From an uncultured Gemmatimonadales bacterium (GTDB lineage: Bacteria; Gemmatimonadota; Gemmatimonadetes; Gemmatimonadales; Gemmatimonadaceae): a DNA stretch of 64,000 nt. A program made the position numbers and the translations under genes. The stretch spans positions 2,624,001 to 2,688,000 of the forward strand of contig OY969695.1 of the NCBI GenBank assembly GCA_963701965.1, read 5' to 3'. Under the pieces are notes generated by a model, which made no database searches, had not been told where the DNA came from, and saw nothing but the letters and a program-made list of their open reading frames with translations. Below are positions 12,994 to 23,021 of this stretch, in pieces. Position 1 is the stretch's first letter; each line of letters starts with the position of its first letter.

Positions 12994-14041
12994 TCGCCGC
13001 GACCTGACCCGAGGCCCGGAGCGCGGCGGCCTTGGCGTCCACGGCATCGACGGGCAGCCAGACGGTGAAGGTCGAGCCCCTCCCGACTTCGCTCTCGACC
13101 ATGAGATCGCCGCCCAGCAGGCGGGCCAGGCGCCGGGAGATCGCGAGGCCAAGTCCCGTGCCGCGGCGGACCGAGTCGCCGCGCGGGCCCGCGTTCACTT
13201 GCTCGAATTCCTCGAAGATGCGTTCGCGGTCCTCGGCGGCGATCCCAATGCCGGTGTCGGTCACGGCCAGCGCCACCCACAAGCTGCTCAATGTCGGCGT
13301 CGGCGGGGCGGGCACACCGGGCATGCCGTCCTCGCCGCTCACGAAACGCCCTCGCACGGCGATACCGCCGGTCGTCGTGTACTTCACGGCGTTGCCGAGC
13401 AGATTCATGAGGATCTGGCGCACGTGCGACGGGTCGGTGCGGAGACGCGGCAACGAGGCGGGGATCGACATGGATAGGTTGAGTCCGCGCTCGGTGGCCA
13501 GGGGTTCGACTTCAGTGGCGACGTCGAGGACGAACGGGCGGAGATCGAGCGGCTCCGTGTGCACTTCCATGCGGCCGGCCGTCATCTTCGCCAGGTCGAG
13601 GACCTGGTCGACGAGGTGGCGCAGGTGCACGGCCGAGGCTTCGATGCGTTGCACCGGGCCGACCTGACGCGGCTGCAGCTCGCCGTAGACGCCATCGCGC
13701 AGCAAGTCCAGGAATCCCACGATCGCATTGAGCGGCGTGCGCAGCTCGTGCGACACGTTCGCCAGAAACTCGCTCTTGGCGCGGTTCGCCCGCAGCAGCT
13801 CTCCCGAGAGTCGCTCGAGCTCGGCGGACCGCTCGGCGATCCGCCGGGTGAGACGACGCTCATGAAACATCGCCACCGTCAAGGCGACGAGGGTGACGAC
13901 ACCCATTGACCAGAGGCCAATACGCAGTGGCCCCATGCCGGGCGACCGGGCCAGCTCGCGGTCCGATACGTACAGCACGGTAATGGCAAAGGCGGCGACT
14001 GCCGCCAGCGCGAGAGACGAAAATCGGACCGGAGCGCGCAT
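12983..14041 (-). CDS. Membrane sensor histidine kinase
   Basis: Two TM segments; SHELRTPLN, NAVKYT, DTGIG, GTGLGL. Confidence 0.93.
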
Positions 14042-14102
14042 CACCACGACCTTGGCACCACGACGTTGACGCCGGCCGCCACGACGCCTACCCTGCGGCA
14101 CC

Positions 14103-14687
14103 ATGAGCCCCGGCGTACACGACCACGACGACTACGATACACTCGTCGCCTTGCTGGCGCGACGGTCGGCTCGGCTGGGGGACTTCACCCTGGCCTCCGG
14201 CAAGCGCTCGTCACTCTACGTCGACGCCCGGCTCACGACCATGAGCCCGGAAGGGCAGGCGCTCATCGGGCCGATGGCGCTCCACGCGATCCGCGCCGCG
14301 GGCTGGCCGCTCGACGCCGCCGGCGGCCTGACGCTGGGCGCGGACCCCATCAGCTACGCCATCGCGTTCGCCTCGGCGCTTCCCGGCGGCGCACCGCTCG
14401 TCCGCGCGTTCACGGTACGCAAGGAACCAAAAGCCCACGGCACTGGAAAGCTCATCGAAGGCCCGTTCTCGTCCGGCGATCGCGTGGTCATCGTCGAGGA
14501 CGTCATCACGACCGGCGGGTCGGCACTGCGCGCCGCCGAGGCCGTGCGGGCGGCCGGCGGTGTGATCTCCGGCATCTTGGCCCTCGTCGACCGCGAGGAA
14601 GGCGGCCGCCAAACCATCGAGCAGGCCGGATTCGCCGTCGTCGCGTTGGTACCCGCGCGCGACATCGTCGCCCGGATGCCGCGCTAA
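14103..14687 (+). CDS. pyrE: Orotate phosphoribosyltransferase
   Basis: FTLASG, RKEPKAHG, VEDVITTGGS. Confidence 0.96.
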   Translation: MSPGVHDHDDYDTLVALLARRSARLGDFTLASGKRSSLYVDARLTTMSPEGQALIGPMALHAIRAAGWPLDAAGGLTLGADPISYAIAFASALPGGAPLVRAFTVRKEPKAHGTGKLIEGPFSSGDRVVIVEDVITTGGSALRAAEAVRAAGGVISGILALVDREEGGRQTIEQAGFAVVALVPARDIVARMPR

Positions 14688-14695
14688 CGCGGCGC

Positions 14696-15523
14696 CTAGC
14701 GCGGGTCGAAGCGCAGCAGGACGTCGCGGTGGGGCGCCACGAGCTCGCGGCGAAATCGTTCCACCATGCGCTCGCCGTCGTATTCGCGGCGAAAGGCCGT
14801 GGCCGGGATCCCGAGCGTCAGGTGCACGTGCCGTCCGAAGGATTGCGGCGACGAGTACTGCAACCGGTTCGCGACGTTGGCGATGGAGAGGCCCGGGTTC
14901 TCCAGGAGTCTGGCGGCGCGCGTCAGTCGCGCGGCGTTGAGATATCGCCGCGGCGACGGAAGCCCGGAGCGGCGGAACTGGCTCGCGAAGCGAATGGGCG
15001 GGACGCCGAGGATGCGACACAGACCGAGCGCCGTGCTGACGGCCGGCGGAGCGGTGAAGAGCGCGTCGAAGAACGTCCAGAGCGGATGCGAGACGCCGGG
15101 CAAATCGCGCGCGAGACGATCGAGCGCCATCCGGGCCGCCTCGGCGGCCCATCGGCCATCGGCGAGCACGGTTCGCAACTGGCGCCATCCTTCCGGCGTC
15201 CGGACATCGACCAGCGTGCGTACGCCGCTCCGGCCGAGCGAGAGCACGGCGTGCGGCGACGCGGCGCCGCTCACCAGCGCAATGGCGGGGACGCGCGGAA
15301 ACTCCCGGACTATGCGGGCGACGCGGCTGGCCTCGCCATACGTGCAGCGCGCCACGGAGACCACGACGGCGGAGACGTGCGCCTCGCGAACGTCGCGTAT
15401 GACCTCGTCGAGCGAGTCGCGGTGGAGCGTCGCATAGAGGCCATGGCCGGCGGCGTCGAGCGAGAGGCGTTCCGCCGGCGTCAGCATAGTCGAGATCGGC
15501 GGAGGAAATTGACCGGGTGACAT
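14696..15523 (-). CDS. AraC-family HTH regulator
   Basis: C-terminal RLTRAARLL...SIANVANRLQYSSPQSFGR. Confidence 0.85.
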   Translation of the reverse strand: MSPGQFPPPISTMLTPAERLSLDAAGHGLYATLHRDSLDEVIRDVREAHVSAVVVSVARCTYGEASRVARIVREFPRVPAIALVSGAASPHAVLSLGRSGVRTLVDVRTPEGWRQLRTVLADGRWAAEAARMALDRLARDLPGVSHPLWTFFDALFTAPPAVSTALGLCRILGVPPIRFASQFRRSGLPSPRRYLNAARLTRAARLLENPGLSIANVANRLQYSSPQSFGRHVHLTLGIPATAFRREYDGERMVERFRRELVAPHRDVLLRFDPR

Positions 15524-15581
15524 TTACACCGCACAGTCATCACCCCCGTCAGGCTCCTGTCAGCTTATATTTCCCCGGCGA

Positions 15582-15991
15582 GAGCGTCGGTCGGACGGTC
15601 GCGACACAGGAGCAGGTTTCCTGCGCCGAGGAAAGTCCGGGCTCCGTAGGGCAGACTGCCAGGTAACGCCTGGGCGCGAGCGCGCAGTGGCGCACGTGAC
15701 GGACAGTGCCACAGAAATGACACCGCCGATGGCCTTCGTGGGCGACCCCGGAGGATCAGGCAAGGGCGAACCGGTGTGGGTAAGAGCCCACCGCGCTCCC
15801 GGTAACGGGGGCGGCATGGTAAACCCCAGTCGGAGCAAGGTCAAATAAGCGGCGAGGGGTGGCCCGCCCCGACCTAAGACGCCGCGGGTAGACTGCTGGA
15901 GGGTACGGGTGACCGTACCCCGAGAGAAATGACCGTCCGGACGGGGACTCGTGCTCCGTCCGACAGGACCCGGCTTACAGACCGGCGGCTC
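15582..15991 (+). ncRNA. rnpB: RNase P RNA (class A)
   Basis: GAGGAAAGTCCGGGCT, AGTGCCACAGAAA, GGTAAACCCC, GAGCAAG, AGAAATGA, ACAGGACCCGGCTTA; complementary ends forming P1. Confidence 0.97.
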
Positions 15992-16000
15992 ATCGCTCGG

Positions 16001-16031
16001 CAGCCCTCCGGGGGAAGTCCCCGGGGGGCTG
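16001..16031 (+). terminator. GC hairpin after rnpB (possible terminator or processing stem)
   Basis: CAGCCCTCCGGGG-GAAGT-CCCCGGGGGGCTG; weak U tract. Confidence 0.4.
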
Positions 16032-16052
16032 TCCCGTTCTGGGAGGAAAGGG

Positions 16053-16973
16053 ATGTCGACAAGGTCGCTCGGTCTGCTCGCCACCACGCTCTTGATCGCG
16101 ACCGCGATCGCGACCGCGATCGCGACCGCGTGCGGCCCATCCGTGTCGCGCGAGCCCCACGGACCTCCGCCTCCCGCGCCCACCGCGCGACCGGCGGCGC
16201 CCGCGCCTCTCACCTCGCCACCGCGCTACGCCGCGGGACGGGCGTCGTACGAAGTCGCGAACGTGACGACGATCCAGTTCGCCGGCGACTCCTCCGCCCG
16301 CCCTGACACGCTCGCCACCGCCGTGGTTCTCCGGTACGAGTCCAACTGGACGCGCACCGGCCTCGAGGCGACCGGCACCGCGCAGTCGCGCTTCGGCGCC
16401 ACCAGCGCCGCGATGCGCCGCACCGCGAGTGAATCCCTCGACCCGCTGCCGTTTCACGCGACGGTCGATACGGCGACCGCGGCGGTGCGATTCGCCAGCG
16501 ACTCGGCCGCCGGCGCCGGCGCCTGTCCGTCGGCCCACGCTGGTGCCGAAGCGATCGCCCGTCAGTTCCTGATGGCAATCCCGCGCACTCTCGCGCCCGG
16601 CGCATCGTGGACCGACACGGTGAACACGGTCACGTGCCGCGGCGACATTCCAGTGACGACGACCGCGGTGCGCCACTTCACGGTGACCCTCCGGCCCTCC
16701 TCTGGCCCCGAGGGCGCGACGATTGTCGTCTCGCGGGCGACTACGGCCCAGGTGCACGGGCAGGCGCTGCATCGCGGCCAACCGGTGACGCTCACCGGGT
16801 CCGGCACCGGCCTACATGAGGATCGCTACGACGCGCTCACGGGAAAGCTCTTGGGCGCCGGTGGCGCGTCGGACGCCGACGTCAGCGTCGGCGTGGCGGC
16901 GCACGAGAGTCGGCTGCACGAGCACATCGACCAACGGGTGACGCTAGTCGACCAGGCGGAGGGGCATCACTAG
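16053..16973 (+). CDS. Hypothetical lipoprotein
   Basis: SD GGAGG; signal peptide with (IATA)x3 from a 12-bp repeat at 16094-16129, then Cys. Confidence 0.75.
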   Translation: MSTRSLGLLATTLLIATAIATAIATACGPSVSREPHGPPPPAPTARPAAPAPLTSPPRYAAGRASYEVANVTTIQFAGDSSARPDTLATAVVLRYESNWTRTGLEATGTAQSRFGATSAAMRRTASESLDPLPFHATVDTATAAVRFASDSAAGAGACPSAHAGAEAIARQFLMAIPRTLAPGASWTDTVNTVTCRGDIPVTTTAVRHFTVTLRPSSGPEGATIVVSRATTAQVHGQALHRGQPVTLTGSGTGLHEDRYDALTGKLLGAGGASDADVSVGVAAHESRLHEHIDQRVTLVDQAEGHH

Positions 16974-18053
16974 GCAGAGATACTTGGCCGGGTGGTCCCA
17001 GCCTTCCGGCTCGATCGTCGCCGCGCGCTCGGGCGCCTTGAACGTGAGGCGCACTTCCTCGGTCGGCATGAACTTGAGGACTTCGAGCAGATACGACGCG
17101 TTGAATCCGATGTCGAGCGGGTCGCCCGTGTAGCGGACCGCCAACTCGTCCTGCGCTTCGCCGAGATCCGGCGTCTGCACGCTGAACTTCACCATGCCGG
17201 CGTTGAGCGACAGCCGGATCCGATGGGTCTGGTCCGACGCGACGGTCGACATGCGGCGGAGGGCGCCGGCCAAGGCCTGCTTGTCGGCGATCGCCACGCG
17301 GTCGTTATCGCGGGGGATGACTTCGGCGTACGGCGGATACGGCCCCTCGATCAGCCGCGTGTAGACGGCGGTCACGGGCGACCGGAACCCCAGGTGGTTT
17401 TCGCTCCGCGCGATCTCCAGCTCCTCTTCGGCCGGAAAGAGCCGCCGCACCTGGTCCAGCGCCTTGGGCGGCACGATGAGGTCACTCGCGCCCCCCGTCG
17501 ACGCGATGGGGAGATCCATTTTCGCCAGCCGGTGCCCGTTGGTGGACACCATGCGCATGTACTCGGGACGGAGCTCCCACAGGACACCGTTCAGGATCGG
17601 CCGGCTCTCCTCGGTGCTCACCGCGAACGACGTGTGCGAGATCAACTCCTGCAGCTCGCCCGACCGCACTCTCCACGTCCCGTCGAACTTGATGCTGGGG
17701 AAGGTGGGAAACTCATCGCGCGGGATCCCGAGGAGCTTGAACCGCGAGCGCCCGCACTCGAGCGTGATCCGCTGTTCGCCCGCGGCCGCGATCTTGACCG
17801 GCGACGGCAGGAGCTCGCGCGCGATCTCACTCAGTTTCCGCGCCGGAATCGTGACGGCGCCGTGCGCCTCGATATCGGCGTTGACCTCCGTGCTCACCGC
17901 GATATCCAGATCGGTGCCCGACAACCGGATCCCGCGATCCGTCGTCTCGATCAGGATGTTCGCCAAAACGGGGAGCGTCGTCTTCGACGGGATGCTCGCC
18001 GTGACGGCCGCCAACCCCTCCTGGAGTTTTTCACGCGAGATCGTGAAGCGCAT
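16944..18053 (-). CDS. dnaN: DNA polymerase III beta sliding clamp
   Basis: GTDLD, SRPILNG, STNGHRL, IGFNASYL, LVMPLR. Confidence 0.98.
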   Translation of the reverse strand: MRFTISREKLQEGLAAVTASIPSKTTLPVLANILIETTDRGIRLSGTDLDIAVSTEVNADIEAHGAVTIPARKLSEIARELLPSPVKIAAAGEQRITLECGRSRFKLLGIPRDEFPTFPSIKFDGTWRVRSGELQELISHTSFAVSTEESRPILNGVLWELRPEYMRMVSTNGHRLAKMDLPIASTGGASDLIVPPKALDQVRRLFPAEEELEIARSENHLGFRSPVTAVYTRLIEGPYPPYAEVIPRDNDRVAIADKQALAGALRRMSTVASDQTHRIRLSLNAGMVKFSVQTPDLGEAQDELAVRYTGDPLDIGFNASYLLEVLKFMPTEEVRLTFKAPERAATIEPEGWDHPAKYLCLVMPLRLVD

Positions 18054-18303
18054 GTCTACTGTTATTAAGTAGTAGTATTAAAAGCCAGTAGCACTAGTAG
18101 GGGATGTGGGGTTGTGAACAATCGCGGCAAGTTACGACAGGCGCAGAACTTTGCCTAGTCTGCGTACTGTGTGTTCGAGCCGGACAGGTCCGAGTTATGC
18201 CCGCCTGGTCACACCGGCGCCGCCAGCAATGTGCCCCACTGTGCATATCGCCGCCCGTGTGCACACTGGTGTGGACAGCCACTGTGGATTCTAGGAGTGA
18301 GCT
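18054..18303. other. Chromosomal replication origin oriC
   Basis: dnaA-dnaN intergenic; several TGTG-core DnaA-box-like sites (TGTGAACAA, TGTGGACAG, TGTGGATTC, TGTGCATAT); TAG trios and an AT-rich patch. Confidence 0.85.
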
Positions 18304-19741
18304 CTAGGGCCTGAGCGATGCGAGCTGCGCGCGCACGCGCTCCACGCGTGTGCGAAACGTCGCGTCCGTGGTCATCTCCTCGGTGACGCGCTCCAAGCTG
18401 TGAATCACCGTCGAGTGGTCGCGGCCCCCGAACGCGTTCCCGATCTCCACCAGCTGCACTTGGAGGAGCTCGCGGGCCAGAATGCATGGCCACCTGGCGG
18501 GGCGTGGTCAGCGCCTTGGTGCGGGTCTTGGACTTGAGCCCGTCGACCGTGACGCCCCACTCCTTCGCCACGCTGTGCTGGATCGCGTGCACCGTCAGGC
18601 CCCCGGCGGCATCGGGCGCGACGCTGCCGTCCGGCGCCAGCCGGATTTTGTCGCGGAGCGCGTCGCGCGCCAGGTCGACGCTGATCGCGCGGTGCTTGAG
18701 CGACGAGTAGGCGAGCAGCTTGATGATCGACCCTTCGAGCTCGCGCACACTGGAGCGCACGTGCTCGGCGATGAACCCGATCACGTCGTCCGGAATCGTG
18801 GTCTCCAGGTGATCGAGCTTGGCCTTGTGGCGCAGGATCGCGATGCGGTGCTCGAGATCGGGGGTCCCGATGTCGGCCACCATCCCCCACTGGAACCGGC
18901 TCACCAACCGCGCTTCGAGCCCGGGGATTTCGCTCGGGGGCCGGTCGGACGTCAGGATGATCTGGCGGCCGGCCTCGTACAGGGCGTTGAACGTATGGAA
19001 GAACTCTTCCTGCGTGCTCTCCTTCCCCTTGAGAAAATGCACGTCGTCCACGAGCAGCATGTCGGTCTCCCGATAGCGCCGGCGGAACTCGTGGTTGGTC
19101 CGCGTCTGGATGGCGGCCACCATCTCGTTCGTGAATTGCTCCGTGCCCACGAGCATGATCCGCGTCGACGGATGCCGCTGCAGGACGTCGTGGGCGACAG
19201 CCTGCATGAGATGGGTCTTGCCCAAGCCGGTGGCGCCGTAGACGAACAGCGGGTTGTAGAACTTGCCGGGCCCCTGGGCTACGGCCTGCGCCGCGGCAAA
19301 GGCCAGCTCGTTCGATTTCCCGGGCACGAAATGGTCGAACGTGTAGCGCGGCGTCAACGGCGCGTTGATCAGGGCCTGTCGCTTGGTCGCGGGCTCCTCG
19401 GGCGGCGGTGCCACGAACAGGTCCATCTGCGGCCGCGCCTTGCGCTCGTCGCTCACGCGAAACACGACATTCACCGGATGGCCCACGGCGACTGGCGCGA
19501 AGCTCGCCAGGAGATGCGCGTGCTTCGACTCGTTCCAATCCGCCGCGAACTGGTCGGGCGCGCTCACGACCAGCGATTGCGGGGCCGGCGTCGCGCCGTT
19601 CGTCGCCCCATCCTCGAGCCGGAGCGCTTCGGTGGGCTCGAGCCAGGTCCGGAACGTCTGCTCGGGCAGCGCTTGACGCGCCCGTTCGAGCAGACGGCTC
19701 CAGACTTCGGCGGCGGTGAGTGAGGCGGTCGTTGAAGACAT
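18304..19741 (-). CDS. dnaA: Replication initiator DnaA (+1 frameshift at ~18481, likely sequencing error)
   Basis: [32 protein letters not shown]; domain [12 protein letters not shown] continues in the shifted frame to TAG at 18304. Confidence 0.96.
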
Positions 19742-19751
19742 CGGGGGCGCG

Positions 19752-19781
19752 AACGTAGGATCGCGCGGGCAGAAAAGTCAA
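19752..19781 (-). promoter_or_regulatory. Sigma70-like promoter of dnaA
   Basis: TTGACT-N18-TACGTT ending 10 nt before the ATG. Confidence 0.6.
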
Positions 19782-19824
19782 CCTGGACCAAGGTCGACCG
19801 AATCGGAATCCGAACCGGCGTCGC

Positions 19825-19853
19825 TTGACCTACCGTCAAGCGTCCCATACGTT
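19825..19853 (+). promoter_or_regulatory. Sigma70-like promoter of the rpmH operon
   Basis: TTGACC-N17-TACGTT, overlapped by the inverted repeat CGCTTGAC-N5-GTCAAGCG. Confidence 0.6.
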
Positions 19854-19889
19854 TCCGTGTCTGTATCCGAATTGGAGTTCGAGGAAATA

Positions 19890-20054
19890 ATGGGAAAGCC
19901 CACCTATCGTCCCCGCAACAAGCGCCGCATCAAGACGCACGGGTTTCGGGAGCGGATGTCCACCCGCTGGGGACGCGAAGTTTTGAGCCGGCGTCGGAAG
20001 AAGGGCCGCAAGCGCCTCGTCGTGAAGCTGCCCTCGAAGTACGGCGGAGCGTGA
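19890..20054 (+). CDS. rpmH: 50S ribosomal protein L34
   Basis: [23 protein letters not shown]...[16 protein letters not shown]. Confidence 0.97.
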   Translation: MGKPTYRPRNKRRIKTHGFRERMSTRWGREVLSRRRKKGRKRLVVKLPSKYGGA

Positions 20055-20391
20055 GGCGTTTCCGCGCGCCTACCGGCTGACGCGCGGTGCGGATATCGCC
20101 GCCGTTCGTCGGCAAGGCAAGCGTATCCGCCTGAACGATCTCAATGTGCGGGCGAACGTCTCCGGGCGGTCGCACCCTCGGGTCGGAGTCATTGTGCCTC
20201 GCTATAAACACACCGCAGTGGATCGCAACCGTCTCAAGCGGCGGTTGCGCGAGCTGGTGCGGCGCCGGCTGCTGGCCGAACTGCCAGCGGTCGACGTCGT
20301 CATCCGCGCGTTGCCCAGCGCGTACGGCACGCCGTTCGACGGACTGGCCGCGCAGGTCGACGTCGTGCGCGCCGCGTATCGTCGGAGCTGA
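20051..20391 (+). CDS. rnpA: RNase P protein component (probable 1-nt deletion near 20060, or non-canonical start)
   Basis: FPRAYRL...RVGVIV...[13 protein letters not shown] (RNR motif); the coupled GTG at 20051 is out of frame by one base. Confidence 0.9.
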
Positions 20392-20394
20392 GCG

Positions 20395-20604
20395 ATGCGC
20401 ACGGTGTTGATCGCCATGGTACGACTGTATCAGGTCGGTCTGTCGCCGCTCTTGCCCGCGTCCTGCCGTTATTATCCGACCTGTTCGGCGTATGCGGTGA
20501 CCGCGCTCGAACGCTACGGGGCCGTCCGCGGCGCGTGGCTCGCGGCGCGCCGCATCGCCCGCTGTCATCCGTTCCATTCCGGCGGCTACGACCCGGTTCC
20601 ATAG
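20395..20604 (+). CDS. yidD: Membrane protein insertion efficiency factor
   Basis: [10 protein letters not shown]...RIARCHPF...GGYDPVP. Confidence 0.96.
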   Translation: MRTVLIAMVRLYQVGLSPLLPASCRYYPTCSAYAVTALERYGAVRGAWLAARRIARCHPFHSGGYDPVP

Positions 20605-20619
20605 AGCATTCCACAACGC

Positions 20620-22290
20620 ATGGAAAAGCGACTGCTAATCGCGCTGGTCCTCGTGGCCGCCGTCATCGTGGTGTTTCAGTGGCTCTATCCCACGGTGCCG
20701 TCGCCGTCGGCGCGTCGCGGCTCCGGCGCCACGCCCGGCGCCGTTCTCGACTCGACGCACCACGACACCACGCTCGCCGCGGCGGCGCCGCCGGCCGCGA
20801 CGCCCACGACCGTCGCGCCGTCGACCGCTCCAGGGATCGCCGCCGAGACGACGGAAGTGCGCACCGCCCACGCCGTGTACCTATTCACGAATATCGGCGC
20901 CGCGCCGCTCAGCGCCACGATGCTCGACTACAAATCAACGAATCCCGCGTTTCATGGCGACCCGGTGCACCTCGGCGTGCCGGGCGAACCAATGCTCCGC
21001 TATCGGATCGTCGGCGCGCGCGACACACTGGCCATCGATCGCACGGCGTTCCGGAGCACGCGAACGCGCACGCCGGACGGGGCGACGACGCTCACATACC
21101 AGGGCGACGCCGGGGGCAATCACCTCACGATCGCGTACACGGTGCCGCCGGGCGACTACGGCGCCACGGTGACCGGCACGATCGCCGGGCCGGCGGCCAG
21201 TGACACGTCGTACCTGTTGACCCAACTCCCGTCGAGCTTCCGTTCGGCGGAGGCGGACACGGTGGACGACCAGCGGCATCTCGCGTTCGCCGCGAAACCG
21301 GTGCGCGAGGACCCGCAGAACACCGCGTTCGGCAAGCTGGACCCCAACGAACGCCACGTCATCCGCGGCCCCATCGCCTGGGCCGCCGCGCGCAACAAGT
21401 ACTTCGTCGTCGGTCTCTTGACGCCAACGCCGGCGTTCGCCGAGGTCGACTTGGTCGGTACTGCGAAGGCGCCCGGAGCCAAGACACAGACGGTTGGCCT
21501 GGGCACCGTCGTGCAGCCGCTCGATCGCGGCCGCTTCGCGTTCGAGCTCTACGCCGGTCCACAGGAATGGCGGCGCCTGCACGCCCTCGGTCACGAGTTC
21601 GAGGATGTGAACCCCTACGGCGGATGGCTGCATGGCATCCTGCAGCCGTTCGCCACGCTCATCGTCCGGGTCATCATCTGGCTGCGGGGCGTGCTCCAGC
21701 TCAACTACGGCTGGGTGATCATCATCTTCGGCATCGCCATCCGGATCCTGCTCTGGCCGCTCAACCAGCGCGCCATGCGCACGAGCCTGCGGCTCCAGGC
21801 GCTGCAGCCGGAGCTGCAATCCGTGCAGGAGCGCTACAAGAGCGACCAGACGCGGCTTTCGCAGGAGATGATGAAGGTGTACAAGGAGCACGGCTTGAGT
21901 CCGCTCTCGCCGGTCGTCGGCTGTCTGCCGATGCTCATTCCGCTCCCCATCCTCTACTGCCTGCTGTTCGTGCTCCAGAACACGATCGAGTTCCGCGGCG
22001 TGCCGTTTCTGTGGCTGCACGACATCTCGCTCAAGGATCCGTACTACATCCTCCCGCTCCTCATGGGCCTGTCATCATACCTCGTCTCCTGGATCGGCAT
22101 GCGGAACTCGCCGCCGAATCCGCAGGCCAAGATGATGACCTATCTCTTCCCGGTGATGATGACGACGTTTCTGGCGAACGTCTCGGCGGGACTCAATCTC
22201 TATTACGCCGTGCAGAACCTGGCGACGCTGCCGCAGCAATGGTTCCTGTCGAACGAGCGAGCGAAGGCCGCGGCCCGACGCTCCGGGTGA
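20620..22290 (+). CDS. yidC: Membrane protein insertase YidC
   Basis: YAGP, NYGWVII, GCLPMLI, FLWLHDISLKDPYYILP; synteny. Confidence 0.96.
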   Translation: MEKRLLIALVLVAAVIVVFQWLYPTVPSPSARRGSGATPGAVLDSTHHDTTLAAAAPPAATPTTVAPSTAPGIAAETTEVRTAHAVYLFTNIGAAPLSATMLDYKSTNPAFHGDPVHLGVPGEPMLRYRIVGARDTLAIDRTAFRSTRTRTPDGATTLTYQGDAGGNHLTIAYTVPPGDYGATVTGTIAGPAASDTSYLLTQLPSSFRSAEADTVDDQRHLAFAAKPVREDPQNTAFGKLDPNERHVIRGPIAWAAARNKYFVVGLLTPTPAFAEVDLVGTAKAPGAKTQTVGLGTVVQPLDRGRFAFELYAGPQEWRRLHALGHEFEDVNPYGGWLHGILQPFATLIVRVIIWLRGVLQLNYGWVIIIFGIAIRILLWPLNQRAMRTSLRLQALQPELQSVQERYKSDQTRLSQEMMKVYKEHGLSPLSPVVGCLPMLIPLPILYCLLFVLQNTIEFRGVPFLWLHDISLKDPYYILPLLMGLSSYLVSWIGMRNSPPNPQAKMMTYLFPVMMTTFLANVSAGLNLYYAVQNLATLPQQWFLSNERAKAAARRSG

Positions 22291-23021
22291 CGGCTGTCGG
22301 GCACGCGACGATGCTGCTCGAGCTGGGCGGCGCGCGCGTGCTCACCGATCCGAACTTCGACCGGCGGCTCGCTGGTGTCCTGCGGCGCGTGAGCGCACCC
22401 GGCATCGCGCTCGATCAGATCCCGCACCTCGACGCCGTCCTGATCTCGCACGGCCACGCCGATCACCTGTCTGTCGCATCGTTGGCGGTGCTGGCGTCGC
22501 GCCAAACGCCACTGTTGGCGCCGCCGGCCGTGGCCGCCCGGTTGCGCCGGCGCGGCTTCACCTCGGCTCAGGCGATCGCGCCGGGCGAGTGGACGACGAT
22601 CGGCGGACTGACGATCACCGCGGATCGCGCGGCGCACCGCGTCCGGGGGCGGGCGAACATGTATCTCCTCGATGATGGCACGGCGAGCGCGTTCTTCGCC
22701 GGCGACACCGGGCTCCGCGCGGGGACGCACCGTCTGGTGGAGTCCATCGGCGGACGGCGCCTCGACGTCGCGCTGCTGCCGATCGGGCACGCGCCGTGGT
22801 GGCGACCGGGATTCCGGCGCGGGCATTTGTCGAGCGAGGATGCGCTGGCCCTGTTCGAGCGGCTGGGCGCGCGGTATCTCATCCCCTACCATTGGGGGAC
22901 GTTTCAGCACCTGACGTCGGGGCCGTATGATGCCAAGCGGCGGCTGGATGGGCTGCTGGCCGCGCACCCGCGTTCGGGCGATGTGATCGCGCTGGCGCCG
23001 GGAGCGTCGCATGCTGTCTGA
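22287..23021 (+). CDS. Metallo-beta-lactamase-fold hydrolase (UPF0173-like)
   Basis: GHAT, LTDP, SHGHADH, FAGDT, PYHWGTF; GTGA coupling to yidC. Confidence 0.85.
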   Translation: MTAVGHATMLLELGGARVLTDPNFDRRLAGVLRRVSAPGIALDQIPHLDAVLISHGHADHLSVASLAVLASRQTPLLAPPAVAARLRRRGFTSAQAIAPGEWTTIGGLTITADRAAHRVRGRANMYLLDDGTASAFFAGDTGLRAGTHRLVESIGGRRLDVALLPIGHAPWWRPGFRRGHLSSEDALALFERLGARYLIPYHWGTFQHLTSGPYDAKRRLDGLLAAHPRSGDVIALAPGASHAV

